Shown: positions 41,380-55,813, counted from the first letter of the stretch. The stretch is DNA of 64,000 bases from the human T2T-CHM13v2.0 reference genome, Homo sapiens (GCF_009914755.1 NC_060928.1), one strand, 5' to 3'. Notes: generated by a model from the sequence alone, not told the origin. Translations and numbers: made by a program.

Positions 41380-41855
41380 TGTGATTATTGTATAATGCTA
41401 CCTGCCCACCAGTTTCTTCCCTTGTCACTTTCTCCCTTGCTTTGTGTGCTCCAGCATCACTGACCTCTTTGGGTCCCTGCTAGGCTTCTTCACCATTGCA
41501 TGTACTATTTTCTCAGGCTCTGACTGCTCCTCCCATTTTTGGCACTTAGATACTCATCCTTCGCAGTTTGCCCTGAATATTCCTTCCTTAGAAAAGCCTT
41601 ATATTACACTCCATCCCACTGATCAATCTAGATCAGTCTCTACTGACATCAAAAACATCTTGTACTTCTCCTCTATACTATGTACAATAATGTAATAAAA
41701 ATGGTAAATTTGTGAACACATTTGCTTAAAATATATTTTGCTGCTTAGAATGTAAGCTCAATAAGTGAAAGAAAGATGTTGACTCTACTCACCTCTGTAT
41801 CTCCAAGGCCTATAATACAAAAGTTCCTCAAGAAAAATCTCTTGAGTTGAATGGA
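41380..41855 (+). mobile_element. L2 3' portion
   Basis: tgtgctccagcatcactgacct...tagaatgtaagctcaataag...ctcacctctgtatctccaaggcct...ttgagttgaatg. Confidence 0.75.
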
Positions 41856-42427
41856 GAAAGTATGTTACTAAACTAGCCATTTTCCATTGAAAAATCAGGT
41901 AATGGGACATCCATTCCTCCATCATCATCTGCTTAAAAGACAACCCCAAAAGGCTCTTCTTTTGGAAAAGACAACCTCAAAATCGTATTGCGATTTATAT
42001 TTACTATGCTAAAATAAAACAGATAAATCTAATATAAAGGAAAAATAACACCTTTAAATTTTTTTAAAAAATACTTTGCTTGTATAGATTTAAAATGGAT
42101 AAATGAGTCATTACTTAAGTGGTCCTAAACATTTTGTAGGTAATTTAATATAATTTTGAGCCAGGCAATACAGTGAAAACAGATAATTTTTCTTACTTAT
42201 GAGAGACATTTGTGTCTGCCAAGGTCTTCCTGGCTGGTAAGTTTTCAATAGCTTGATCTTCCCAGGAAAATGATGTAAGTGTTATCTAAACTCAAATTCA
42301 ACCAATTTGAGCCATTTGTTTAGCAGTTGTAAATTTCATTTTCTGTATAGAACTTTGATAACTTCCAGTTACAGAAACATCTGATCTGCCATATGAGCAT
42401 CAAATACCTGGGTAAAACAACTTTGTT

Positions 42428-42836
<409 letters not shown>

Positions 42837-43171
42837 TTATTTCAACGGCCATATGATAAAATTTTCTACCTGGGATTTTTGAAGTAAACATTTTTAGTGT
42901 AGTCAATAACAAGTATTTGCTCAGGACACATCCAATGACTAAATCATGAAATTTACTGAATAGAGAGCATTATCTGTAACTAAATTCTATATGGCTTTAT
43001 TGTCATCCTTCCTGGCACCCTCTCAGAGAGCCACTTCCACTCTTTCTGGAAGAGGATGGTTATTGGTGAATAATGGCAAGTTGGAGTTGACAAACGTTCT
43101 TTAGTTAGAGACAGACAGGGCTCCGGGTAAGTCTTCCTGTCTGGGTTAGTTTTATGCTTTTTTCCCTGTAA

Positions 43172-43174
<3 letters not shown>

Positions 43175-43260
<86 letters not shown>
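43175..43260. repeat. Compound microsatellite (TC)16(TG)17(AG)10
   Basis: Read directly: TC 43175-43206, TG 43207-43240, AG 43241-43260. Confidence 0.98.
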
Positions 43261-43262
<2 letters not shown>

Positions 43263-43264
43263 GC

Positions 43265-43490
43265 AGTTCATGTGTAGTGGTATGACCACTTGTTCTGGAG
43301 TCCGAGAGCCATGGTTTGATTCTAGGTCTACCTTTTTTACAAGGCGCTTGGCAGTGGGAAGATTGTCACTATGTACTTTGTTTTTCTTATTTGATCACTG
43401 TTAGTCTCTACTTATAGAACTAAATAATCTATTTGGAGTCCTTAACACAGTGCCTTGCATATATTAAGTCCTAAGGATTAGCAATGATTA
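43265..43490 (+). mobile_element. MIR
   Basis: gtgtagtggtatgacc...ttctggagtccgagagccatggtttgattctagg...cttaacacagtgccttgcatat. Confidence 0.7.
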
Positions 43491-43562
43491 GTGCACATGC
43501 TATGAATTCTGGATTTTTGTCCCTGTCACCAAGTACTCATACAATTAATCTTTTTGTCACAT

Positions 43563-43568
<6 letters not shown>

Positions 43569-43612
<44 letters not shown>
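43569..43612. repeat. (CA)n(TA)n microsatellite
   Basis: ~15 CA units followed by ~7 TA units. Confidence 0.95.
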
Positions 43613-43613
<1 letters not shown>

Positions 43614-46600
43614 AATTTTCCTACAATTTATCTTTCCAGTTATTCCCTTTTAAATCCAGTTATACTCTGTCCAGGCACTGCTGCTGCTTTTCTTCACACC
43701 AACCGTCTTCCAAGCTTCTCCCATTTCATTTGGTTTATCCATTACAATGTCATGTATAGGTTCACTGCGCTCATTATTACTTGCTCGTTCACTGCCATTT
43801 CTCAACCAAGGCTGTGTGCTCCACAGCCACCTAAGGCCCTTCAGCAGCCCATCCCCCAAAAGTTGCTATCTTGTCTCTTCTGGGCTCTTACACCTAAATT
43901 TCCCACCCTTAAATCTGTCTCTCTGAAACATGGGAAGAACTAATTATTTCTTACACAAAATCCCACAGTTCTGATGTGCTAGAGGAAAGGTAATTACTCT
44001 TTGGAATGTGCATATATATAATTTCTGCTCTGAAAGCATCCCAACATAACTATGGGGCGAAGTCAAAGAACTTGTTTCTCACATCATCCCTGTTACTGTT
44101 TGAGACACCAGAGAGGTATTTTCATTTAAAAATTTTCTATTATATAATACATGTTTGTTAAATATGCAGAGTCCATATAGCTACAATCTACCTGTCCTCT
44201 CAATTATTCCAAAATATTTGAAGACCTACATCATAGGGATTCCATGATGATTGACACATAAATGGTTATTATTACAGAGGCTGAAAGATAGAAATCATGC
44301 AGACTGCCTTGTTATTATCAGTAGTAGGGAGTAGTGGATTTGGTAGTGTTGGTGCTGCTCATAGTGGTGGTAGTGGTGATGGTTTTGTTGTTATTAAAAA
44401 CAGAAAATCAAGGAAACATTTTTTGACTAGAGATTCATTAGAAAAGTATACATAGCTCTACTCACAGCAACTCATTCAATCCAGATGCCATTGTGACATA
44501 AAAAAGAAAATGAAAGCCACAGTTAGTTGATATTTACATACTAATTAGTAAACATATTTTCCCAAGAGTTATTTCCATACTAACCTCTAGATTCTTGGGG
44601 CTTATGGAAAATTTTAAATGTTTATGGAACAGACATGACCTCAATAGTATTCCTTTAGTGTTGCTTACCAACCATGGTTTCACTGTGGAAACCAGAAGTG
44701 ATCTAAAGAATATTGAAGTTGAAAAAGTACAAGCAAGATTTGAGTATAAACTACCGTATCCTAATTGAATTTTATTTTTATTTCCTTTTCATTGTGTTCC
44801 TAGATCAGCAGATCCTGCTTATTCATTTCTTAGTGTTACATTTTACCTCATTCATTAGCTGTACTTCCTGAAGATTTTGTTCATTGATAAAAACATTTCT
44901 GGTAGTGTTAAGAGGGAATATTCCTTTCCTCAAAATATACACTTGACACTGAGTAAGCCTAATGAAAATCGACTTTTGCATCATAGAAAATAATATCATT
45001 TGATAAAATATGTAGTACACACTTTCAAATAACTCATTTTCCTCCCAGATTACCAGGAAATTAGAAATTGGATTTTTGTAGTAGACATATATTAGATACA
45101 AATTCAACCAGACTAATTCATATCTCCACCGTAGTACCTCACATTACCCATCTAGGATTTCTCTCAGAAACAAACAAAAGTTAAATTATTATTGTTCTAG
45201 AAGAGTAAGGGAATTTCAGATGGAACTGAGGAAGTGACTTTGGCTATGAATAATCCAACATCATTTAATGAGAGACATATATAAATAATAATGTATATTT
45301 AAAATTATATTGGGTAAAGGTGCAAAATATAAAACTCATTTAGTTTTGCCTTAGACCCATCAACTCTAAAATGGGTAATAACTAAATTAACTTTTATCCT
45401 GATGTATGCAGCCTATGGAGTGATTAACAATGTACCAAACAACAACAACCACCCTCATATTGAGAATTTATGTTTGCAGATATTGTAGAGGGACAGAAAG
45501 GGGCCTGCTATGCTGTCCTATCCTCTTACCAAGCCAGATAATTCAATTTCTGCTGGGGAAACCATATCTAGGCATAAAAATTTGCCTTACACATTCTGAT
45601 GCTAAACCCAGCTAAAAGTTCCCAAATGAATGATTCTCAAAGGTAAGAGATTCCCCAAAGAGCAGTGTAGAAATGCAATCATAGCCATACCAACATTTGC
45701 TGAAATTTCCTAAAACCACAAACTGATGGACTTGATGAAAGCTGAATCTTTCAATAATTACATGGGGGAAATGTCTGCACAAACATAGCTGAATGCTTGT
45801 GAACAACAAAATTAGTGTATTTATGATTTTACTCTCTTTGAATCTAGGAAATTAGTATGAAATTCATAAAGTGCCATAAACTATAACACAAAATAATAGA
45901 ATTCACTTTCTTTAGTATAAATGTTTGCTTACCCATTTCTAGAAGAAAATTAACAATATTTTGAGGAAAAAATTCAGAGTACAATGAAATGGAATTACAA
46001 TCTTGCTCAAGCACCTCCAGTAAATTAACAAAGAACTGAACTACTGAAGCAAATATCTTTAGCTGATGAAAGTATTTGTTATCATATTCATCAGTTAGCC
46101 TCACAGACTTCAATAACTATGACATGTTTAAATATTTGGAAACAGAATTCACAGTTGGAGACTGATTTGAATAATTGTTAGATTTGCTAAATAAGTAAAT
46201 AAATACAAAGAACAGTAAGAACAGACGAAATAATAAAATAAAGAGAGAAATAATTCTAAAACAAAAGAAAGGAAAACTGGAAAGGAAAGAAAAAAAAGAA
46301 AAAACAAAGTTATTAACATTAAAAGGAGAGTTTTAAATTGTGTCTTTCACTGGGATATAAAGCACAAGATAACAAATTTAGTTTTGTTTTAGACTTTTAT
46401 TTTAGGTTCAGGGGTACATATGCAGGTTTGTTATATAGGTAAATTTTGTTCCACAGGGGTTTGTTATACAGATTTATTTTTTAATCCAGGTAATAAACAT
46501 AGTACCCAATAGGTCGTTTTTTGATCCTCAAGCTCCTCCTACTCTCCATCCTCAGGTAGGCCTGAGTGTCTATTGTTCCCTTCTTTATGTCCATGTATAC

Positions 46601-47862
46601 TCAATGTTTGGCTCCTACTTGTAACTGACAGCATGCACTATTTGGTTTTCTGTTCCTGCATTAATTCACTTAGGATAAAGGCCTCCAGCTCTATTCATGT
46701 TACTACAAAGGATAGGAACTCATTCTATTTTTATGGCTTCATAGTATTCCATGGTGAACATGTACCATTTTTTTTATACAGTCTACTGTTGATGGTCATT
46801 TGATTTGATCCATATATTTGCTGTTGTCAATGACAAAGCAATGAACATTGGCGTGCATGTGTCTTTATGGTAGAATGATTTATATTTCTTTGGGTAATAT
46901 TTATATTCCCGGTAATTGAATTGCTGGATTGAATGCTAGTTCTGTTTGATGTTCTTTGAGAAATTGTCAAACTGCTTTCCACAGTGATTGAACTAATTTA
47001 TATTCCTACTAACAGTGTATAAGCATTCTCTTTTCTCTGCAACCTCACCAGCAACTGTTACTTTTTTACTTTTTAATAATAGCCACTCTGACTGGTATAA
47101 CATGGTATCTCATTGCAGGTTTGATTTGCATTTTTCTCTGATGATTAGTGATGTCGATAATTTTTTCATATTCTTGTTGGCTGCAGTATATATTCTTCTG
47201 AAAAGTGTCTGTGGATGTTCTTGGCCCAATTTTAATGGGGTTGTTTGCTTTTTGTTAATTTGAGTTGCTTATAGATTCTGGATATTAGATCTTTGATGCA
47301 TACTTTACAATTTTTTTCCATTCTGTAGGTTTTCTGATTACTCTGTTGATAATTGCTTTCATTTTGCAGAAGCTCTTAGTTTATTAGGTCTCATTCGTCA
47401 ATTTTTGTTTTTCTTACAATTGCTTTTGGTGTCTTTGTCATGAAATCTTTGCCCATTCCAAATGGTATTTCTTCAGTTTTCTTCAGTGGTTTTATAGTTT
47501 TAGGTTTGACAATTAAGTATTTAATCCATTCTTGAGATCATTTTTTATATAGTGTAAAGAAAGTGTCTAGCTTCAATCTTCTGCATATGGTTAGCCAGTT
47601 ATCCCAGCACCATTTATTGAATAGGGAGTCCTTCTTCTATTGCTTTTGCCAACTTTGTAGAACATTAGGTGGTTCTAGGTGTGGGGCTTTATTTCTGGGC
47701 TCTCTATTCCATTCCATTGGTCTATATGTCTATTTTTGTACCAGTATTATGCTATTTTGGCTACTGTAGCCTTATGGTATAGTTTGAAGTCAGGTAATAT
47801 GATACCTCCAGCTTTGTTTTCTTTTTCTTTTTGCTTAGAATTGCTTTGCTTTGGTTATTAGG

Positions 47863-47863
<1 letters not shown>

Positions 47864-47894
<31 letters not shown>
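47864..47894. repeat. Poly(T)31 mononucleotide tract inside L1 ORF2
   Basis: 31 consecutive T replacing the short T-run of the L1 motif ggctcttttttggttcc. Confidence 0.9.
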
Positions 47895-47899
<5 letters not shown>

Positions 47900-48096
47900 G
47901 TATGAATTTTAGAATAGGTTTTTCTAATTCTGTGAAAAATGACATTGATACTTTGATAGAAATATCATTGAATCTGTAAATTACTTTGAGCAGTATGGCC
48001 ATTTTAACAGTATTGCTTCTTCCTATCCATGAGCATGGAATGATTTTCCGTTTGTTTATGTCATCCCTGATTTCTTTCAGCAGTGTTTTGTAATTC

Positions 48097-48380
<284 letters not shown>

Positions 48381-51300
48381 TGTAATTCTTATTGTAGAGA
48401 TATGACACATCCCTGGTTAGCTATATTCCTAGGTGTGTTTTTTTTCTTTATGATTATTGTGAGTGGGATGGGATTCTTGAGTTAGTTGTAAGCTTGGATG
48501 TTGTTGGTGCATAAAAATGCTACTGATTTTTGTACATAAATTTTATGTCCTGAAACATTGCTAAAAGTCTTTGCAGATCTAGGAGGTTTGGGGAAGAAAC
48601 TATGGTGTTTTCTCAGAATAAAATCGTATTCTCTGCAAAGAGGGATAGTTTTATTTCCTCTCTTCCTATTTTGATGCCCTCTATTTCCTTTTCTTGTCTG
48701 ATTTCTCTGGCTAGGACTTCCAGTACTACATTGAATAGAAGTGCTGAGAGTGGAGATCCTTGTCTTGGTCCAGTTCTCAAGGTGAATGCTTCTAGCTTTT
48801 GCCCATTTAGTAAGATATTGGCTGTATGTTTGTCATAGATGGCTCTTATTATTTTAAAGTATGTTCTTTCAATGTCCAGTTTGCTGAGGGTTTTTAAGAT
48901 AAAGGGATATGAAATTTTATTGAAAGCCTTTTCTGCTCTATTGAGATACTCATTTGGCTTTTGTTTTTAGTTCTGTTCATGTGATGAATCACAATTATTG
49001 ATTTTTGTATGTTGAACCAACCTTGCATCCCAGGATAAATCCTACTTGATCACGGTGGATTAGCTTTTTGATGTGTTGCTGAATTTGGTCTGCCAGTATT
49101 TTGTTGAGGATTTTCACATCTCTGTTCATGAAGGATATTGGTCAATGTTTTCTTTTTTCATTGTACGTCTGGCAAGTTTTAGTATCAGAATGATGCTGAC
49201 CTTACAGAAAGATTTAGAGAGACTCACTTCTCCTCAGTTATTTGTAATACTTTCAGCAGGATTTGTTCCAGCTCTTCTTTATACATGTGGTAGAAATTGG
49301 CTGTGAAACTATCTGGTCTAGAGGTTTTTCTGGCTGGTAGGCTTTTTATTACTGATTCAACTTCAGAATTTGTTATTGGTCTGTTCAGGGTTTCAATTTC
49401 TTCCTGATTCAATCATCAGAGTTTGTATGTTTCCAGGAATTTATAGCTTTCTTGTTAGTTTTTCTAGTTTGTCTGCATAGATGTGTTCATAATAATCTCT
49501 GAGAGTTTCTGTATTTCTGTGGGGTTGGTTGTAATGTCCTCTTTGTCATTTCTGATTATATTTATTTGGATCCTTTCTCTTTCTTTCTTTATTAGTCTAG
49601 CTAGCAATCTATCAATCTTATTTATCCTTTCAAATAACTAATTCTAGTTTCGTTGATTTTTGTATGCTTTTTAAGTTTCTATTTCCTTCAGTTCCATTCT
49701 GATTTTGGTTATTTCTTATCTTCTCCTACCTTTGGGGTTGGTTTCCTCTTGAATTTCCAGTTTCTCTGGGTGTGAAGTTAGGCTGTTAATTTGAGATCTA
49801 ACTTTTGATGTAGGCATTTAGTGCTATAAACTTTCCTCTTACTACTGCTTTAGCTGTGTTCCAGAGATTCTAGTATGTAGTATCTTTATTCTCATTAGTT
49901 TCAAAGACTGTCTTGATTTCTGCCTTCATTTTATTATTTACCCAAAAGTCATTCAGGAGCAGGTTGTTTAATTTCCATGTAATTGTATAGTACTGAGTGA
50001 TCTTAGTATTAATTTCCACTTTCATTTCACTGTGCTCTGGAAGTGTGTTTGGTATGATTTTTTTTTAATTTGCTAAGGATTGTCTTATGGCCAACTGTGT
50101 AGTCAATTTTAGAGTAAGTGCCATGTGCAAGTAGGAAGAATGTGTATTCTGTTGTTTTTGAATAGAGAGTTCTACAGATGTCTGTTAGGTACATTTGGTC
50201 AAATGTTGAGTTCAGGTCCTAAGTATCCTTGTTAGTTTTCAGCCTCAGTGTTCTGTCTTATACTGTCTGTGGGGGTGTTAAGATCTCCCATTATTATTAT
50301 CTGTTTACCTAAGACTCTTTGTAGATCCCAAGAACTTCTTTTATGAATCTGGTGCTCCTGTGTTGGGTACATATATATTTAGGATTGTTAAGTCTTCCCG
50401 TTGAAAATAAGTTTTATCATTATGTAATGCCTTTATTCATTTCTTTTTGATGATTGTTGGTATAAAGTTTGTTTTGTCTGAAAATTGTCTGAAAGCAACC
50501 TCTGCATTTTTTGCTGTTTTCCATTTGCTTGGTAGATTCTTCTCCATCTCTTTACTTTGAGCCTATGGGTGTCACAGCCTGTGAGATGGGTCTCTTGAAG
50601 ACAATATATTTTTGGTTCTTTTTTTTATTATCCAACTTTTGTGCCTTTTAAGTGGGGGCATTTAGCCCATTTATGTTCAAAGTTAATATTGATATGTGCA
50701 CATTTGATCTTGCCATCATGATGTTAGCTGGTTATTATGCAAACTTGATTGTATAGTTGCTTTGTAGTGTCATTGGTATGTGTTTAAGTGTGTTTTCTTG
50801 GTGGCCTGTAATGGGATTTTGTTTCTATGTTTAGCACTCCCTTAAATACCTCTTGTAAGGCAAGTCTGATAATAATAATGAATTCACTTAGCATTTGCTT
50901 CTCTGAAAAGGATCTTATTTCTCCTTTGCTCATGGAACTTAGTTTGGCTGTATATACAGTTCTTGGTTGGAATTTTTTTCCTTTAAGGATACTGTATATA
51001 GGGTCCCAATCTCTTTTGGCTTGTGGGATTTCTGCTGAAAGGTCTGCTGTTAGCCTTATGGGGTTCCCTTTGTAGGTGACCTGCCCCTTCTCTCTAGGTG
51101 CCTTTAATATTTTTGTTTTCATGTTTATCTTCAATAATCTCATGACTATGTATCTTGGGGATGGTCATCTTGTGTAGTATCTCACAGGAATTCTCTGCAT
51201 TTCCTGAATTTGAATGTTGGCAGGGTTGGGGAAATTGTCATGGAAAATATCTGCACAAATGTTTTCCAGGTTGCTTGCTTCCTCTTTGTCTCTCTGAAGG

Positions 51301-53126
51301 ATGTCAATAAGTCACACGTTTGGTTTCGTTACATAATCCACATTTCTCAGAAGTTTTGTTCATTCTTTTTTCTTTCTTTTTGTCTGACTGAGTTGAAGAA
51401 ACGGTCTTCAAGCTCTGAGATTCTTTCTTCAGCTTGGTCTGCTGTAAGTTTTTGCAAGTGTATTATAAAACTCTTGTAGTGAGTGTTTCAGATCTATCAT
51501 TTCAATTTGGTTCTTTCTTAAAATGTCTATTTTATCTTTCATCTCTTGTATCATTTTATTTTATTACTTAGGTTCCCTGAATTGACTTTCAACTTTCTCC
51601 TGAATATCAATGATCTTTGTCTCTAATCATATTCTGAATTGTATTTGTGCCACTGCAGCCATTTTATTCTAGTTAAGAAGCACTGTTGGGGAACTATTAT
51701 GATCCTTTTGAGGTAAGAAGACACTCTGGCTTTTTGCTTGTCAGAGTTCTTACATTGGTTCTCATCTGTGTGGGCTGATGTTTCTTAAGTCTTTGAACTT
51801 GCTGTCTTTGGATGGTTTTGTTTTGCCTTCATATTCTTTGATGTCCTTTATGGCTTCATTGTGGTATAAAATGGGTTCAGTTGACTGGCTTTGTTTCTGG
51901 AAGACTTCTGGGGGTAAAGTCTTATTAGCTCATCACTCCTGGGCTGTGTGCTCTAGCTCCAGGAGGCTGGTCCTGGGTCCCTAGCTTTGTTCTCTGGCTC
52001 CTCAATGTAAGAAACCTCCCACACTGGGAGGGCTGAGGTATTCCCAGGTCTTTGGCAACAACTCTCATGGAGAGTGCCAGTCACAGTGCTACACTGGGGC
52101 TGTGGCAGTGGGGTCCATGCCTGTTCGCATGTGTCAGCAGGAACAGCTGTGCAGCAGGGTGCATGTGAGTTGACAGGGGTGGGGCACCAGTGGAGGCAGA
52201 GTGCTATTGTCATGCATGTTCTTGTGCTGGCAGCTGCAAAACACAATTCCTGTGTAGCAGTGGGTGTGGGGCACTGGCAAGGGCAGGTTGCTGGTGGGGG
52301 CAGAGCAATGTTGTTTGTGTATGGGTATACTGGTGGGGGAGGAGAGGCAAGGTGCACCTGCATACATGTGTCAGCACACAGTCGGAGGGGTTTCCATGTG
52401 GAGCGTATATTGGCAAAGTTATGAGAGGAGGCTGTGGCGGGAGGATGCTGCGGCTTGGTGGCTGCACATTGGTGGGGGACAGGAGCTATGATGATGACCC
52501 CTGCATCCAAGGCTTCTCTGCAACCAGTAACAGCAAGGCTGAGGCCCCAGGAGATGCTGGCGGACAGGAAGGCACCAAGATCAGACAGATCCCATCCAAC
52601 AGGTAAGGCTACTCTGTTCTGTCCAGGTCCAGCAGTCATCAAATGCTAATGCCACTTAGAGGAGCATGGTGAGCTTTGGTGATAGGTGGGTGTCCCTGAC
52701 CATGTTCCACTGAAGCAATTCCCAGGCCAAACCCTCTGGGGTCTGCACAAGCTGGAGTCCTGTACCTGCTACATATCTAAACAGCTCTTCTTGTCAGCTC
52801 AAGTCTTCTTGGGGACCACGGGGTCTCCTGTAGCTAGGATTCTGGGAGGCTGTGGTGAGAGTGGGCCACTCCTTCCCTGTTCAAGTCACCTCTTCTGCAG
52901 GAGCTGCTGGGGACCAGGAACAAGTCCCATTGCTTGGCAGCTCTGTGAAGTGTTCCCAGTTTCCTCTCTTCAGCTTAGGATCTGTGTCCTCTTTCCGTCC
53001 ACTCTAAATGTCTTCTCTCCAAAGATCTGCTTGGGGTGTGCCAGTCTTCCCAATGGCCTGGTTTGATCTTGATCAGTGCGAGCTATTCCTCCTAGTTGTG
53101 TCTAGTCAGCCGTCTTGCACAAATTT

Positions 53127-54384
53127 TTAAAAATAGAAATGATATGTCTGCTCTCAGACCACAATGGAATTAAACTGGAAATCAATAACAGGAAGATAGG
53201 TGGAAAAATTCCAAAACTTAGGGGTTAAACAATACCTTTCTAAATAACATGTGGCTTAAAGAAGAAATTGCACAAAAAATTTAAAAAATTTTTGAACTAA
53301 ATGAAAATAAGAATACAACCTGTCAGAAATCTGTAATGCAGCAAAATCAGTGCTTACTGAGAAATTTATAGCATTTAATTTATATAGGAAAAGAAGATCC
53401 AAAATCAAAAATTTAAGCTTCTACCTTAAGAAACTAGAAAAGCAAGAGACAATGAAATTCAAACTAAAGGGGAAAATAAACAATACAAATAAAAACAAAA
53501 TTAATAAAATTGAAAGCAGTAAATTGATAGAGAAAATCAATGAACCAAAATATCATTATCTGAAAAAATTGGTGAACCTTTATCCAGACAAATTAAATAA
53601 AAAGAAAGGAAATCACAAATCACAAAACCAGAAATGCAAGAGAGGACATCACTGTGAATCTCATGGGCATGGAAAGAATAATAAAGGAACACTATGAGCA
53701 CTATATGCACACAAATTTGATAACTTAGATAAAATGGACCAATTCCTTGAAAGATACAATCTACTAAAAGTCATACAAGAAGAAATAAACAATCTGAACT
53801 GGTCTATAGCTTAAATAAATGAAAATAATAATTTTAGAACTTTCAAAAGAGAAATAAACAGGCTCAGATGTGTTTACTGGTGAATTCTACCAAACATTTG
53901 AGAAATAAATCATGCTAATTCTTGAAAACAAAAGCAAAAGTAATGATTTCTAACTCTGTAAAGCCGGTAATACTTTAATAACAAAAGCAAACAAAGATAT
54001 TTTAAAAAACTACAAACCAATCCCATCATAAGCATAGGTGCAAAAATCCTCATACAAAGCCAATCAAATGTAACATTCTATAAAAAAAAAAAAATAGGCA
54101 CCAAGACCAGTTGGAATTTATCCCAGATATTCAAGGTTGGGTCAACATTTGAAAAGTAACTAATACAATTCATCACACAAAAGGCTGAAGAAAAAAACAT
54201 AATCATATCAGTAGATGCAGAAAAAGCATTTGAAACAATCTAACATTTACCCATGATACAAACTCTCAGCAAACTAAGGAGGAGAACATTCTCAACTTGA
54301 TAAAGAATATCTACAAAAAACCTATAGCTAACAACATATGTAATGATAAGAAACTAGAAGATTTCCTACTAAGATTAGAATAAG
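53127..54384 (+). mobile_element. L1MC1-like ORF2, part 1 (host of the nested stack; its first ~30 bp lie at 46351-46379)
   Basis: ctctcagaccacaatggaattaaactggaaatc (SDHNGIKLEI); aaatggaccaattccttgaaagatacaatctac; ends at aagattagaataagg. Confidence 0.85.
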
Positions 54385-55813
54385 GACTCTGTATGTTTGG
54401 GAGAAAATAAGGGAAGAGAACAAGAGTCTCTGCCTGGTGATCCAGTGAATTCTCTTGGATTTTGTACAAGACCAACAAGATGATAACTCTATGAGTCTGC
54501 AAGAACCACAGCATTACTAGGTGTGGGATGTCCCCTTAAGCAGATACAGCTTAGATTAAAAACATCCAACTCCTTTCAAATATCTGGAAAACTTAGTCTA
54601 AAGAAAAATGGCTACAAATAACCACAAACAGATCACAGATAAAGATCCAGGCACATCTACTACTTTTGCTGTATCCCATCAAAAAAAGAGGGAAAACTTC
54701 AAATAAGCAATCTAATGATTCATCTTAAAGGACAAGAAAAGCAAGAGCAAACCAAACCCAAAATTAGTAGAAGAAAAGAAATATAAAGATGAGAGCAGAA
54801 ATAAATAAATTTGAAATCCCATTTACAATAGCCACACATAAAGTTAAATATCTAGCAATTAACAAAAGAAGTGAAAGATTTCTATAGTGAAAACTATAAA
54901 ACACTGCTGAAAGAAATTGAAGAAGACAGCAACAAATGGAAAAATATTTCATATTCATGGATTGCAAGAGTCAATATTGTTAAAATGTCCATACTACCCA
55001 TAGCAATCTACAGATTCAATGCAGTTCTTACAAAATAGCGATGACATTCTTCACAGAAATAGAAAAAACAATCTTCAAATTTATATGACACTACAAAAGA
55101 CTCAAAATAACCAATTTTTTTTCTGAGCAAAAAGAGAAAAAATGGAGGAAAAACATTACCAGACTTCAAATTATACTACAGAGCTACAGTAACAAAAACA
55201 GCATGGTACTTGCATAAAAACAGACACATAGACCAATGAAACAGAATAGAGAACCCAGAAAAAAATCCACACACTGGATTTTCAACAAATGTGTCAAGAA
55301 CATACACTGGGAAAAAGACAGTCTCTTCAATAAATGGTACTGGGAACACTGGATATCCATATGCAGAAGAATAAAACTAGACCTCTATTTCTTAGCATAC
55401 CAAAAAACAAATAAAAATGAATTAAAGACTTAAATCTAAGATCTCAAACTATGAAGCTACTAAAATATTGAGGGAATCCTCCAGGACATTGTTCTGGGCA
55501 AAAATTTTTTGAGCAGTACCCCACAAGCACAGGCAACCAAAGTAAAGATGAACAAATTGGATCACATCAAGTTAAAAGGCTTCTGCACAGCAAAGAATAC
55601 AATCAACAAATCAAAAAGAAAACCCACAAAATGGGAAAAAATATTTGCAAACTACCCATCTGACAAGGGATCAATAAGGATAATATATAAGGAGCTCAAA
55701 CAGCTCTATAGGAAAATTTAATAATCCAATCAAAAGATGGGCAAAAGATTTGAATACACATTTCTCTTAAGAAGACATACAAGTGGCAAAAAGACATATG
55801 AAAAGGTGGTCAA
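54385..55813 (+). mobile_element. L1MA (L1M1-type) element with large internal deletions, part 1
   Basis: L1M1 5' UTR motif gtttgggagaaaataagggaagagaacaagagtctctgcctgg, then ORF2 pieces joined at ~54650 and ~54816. Confidence 0.75.

Noticed and set aside
51953-53066. Cluster of overlapping GC-rich ORFs (up to 229 aa)
   Set aside because: They lie in the GC-rich 5' UTR of the L1PA15/16, where stop codons are naturally rare. No recognisable domain.
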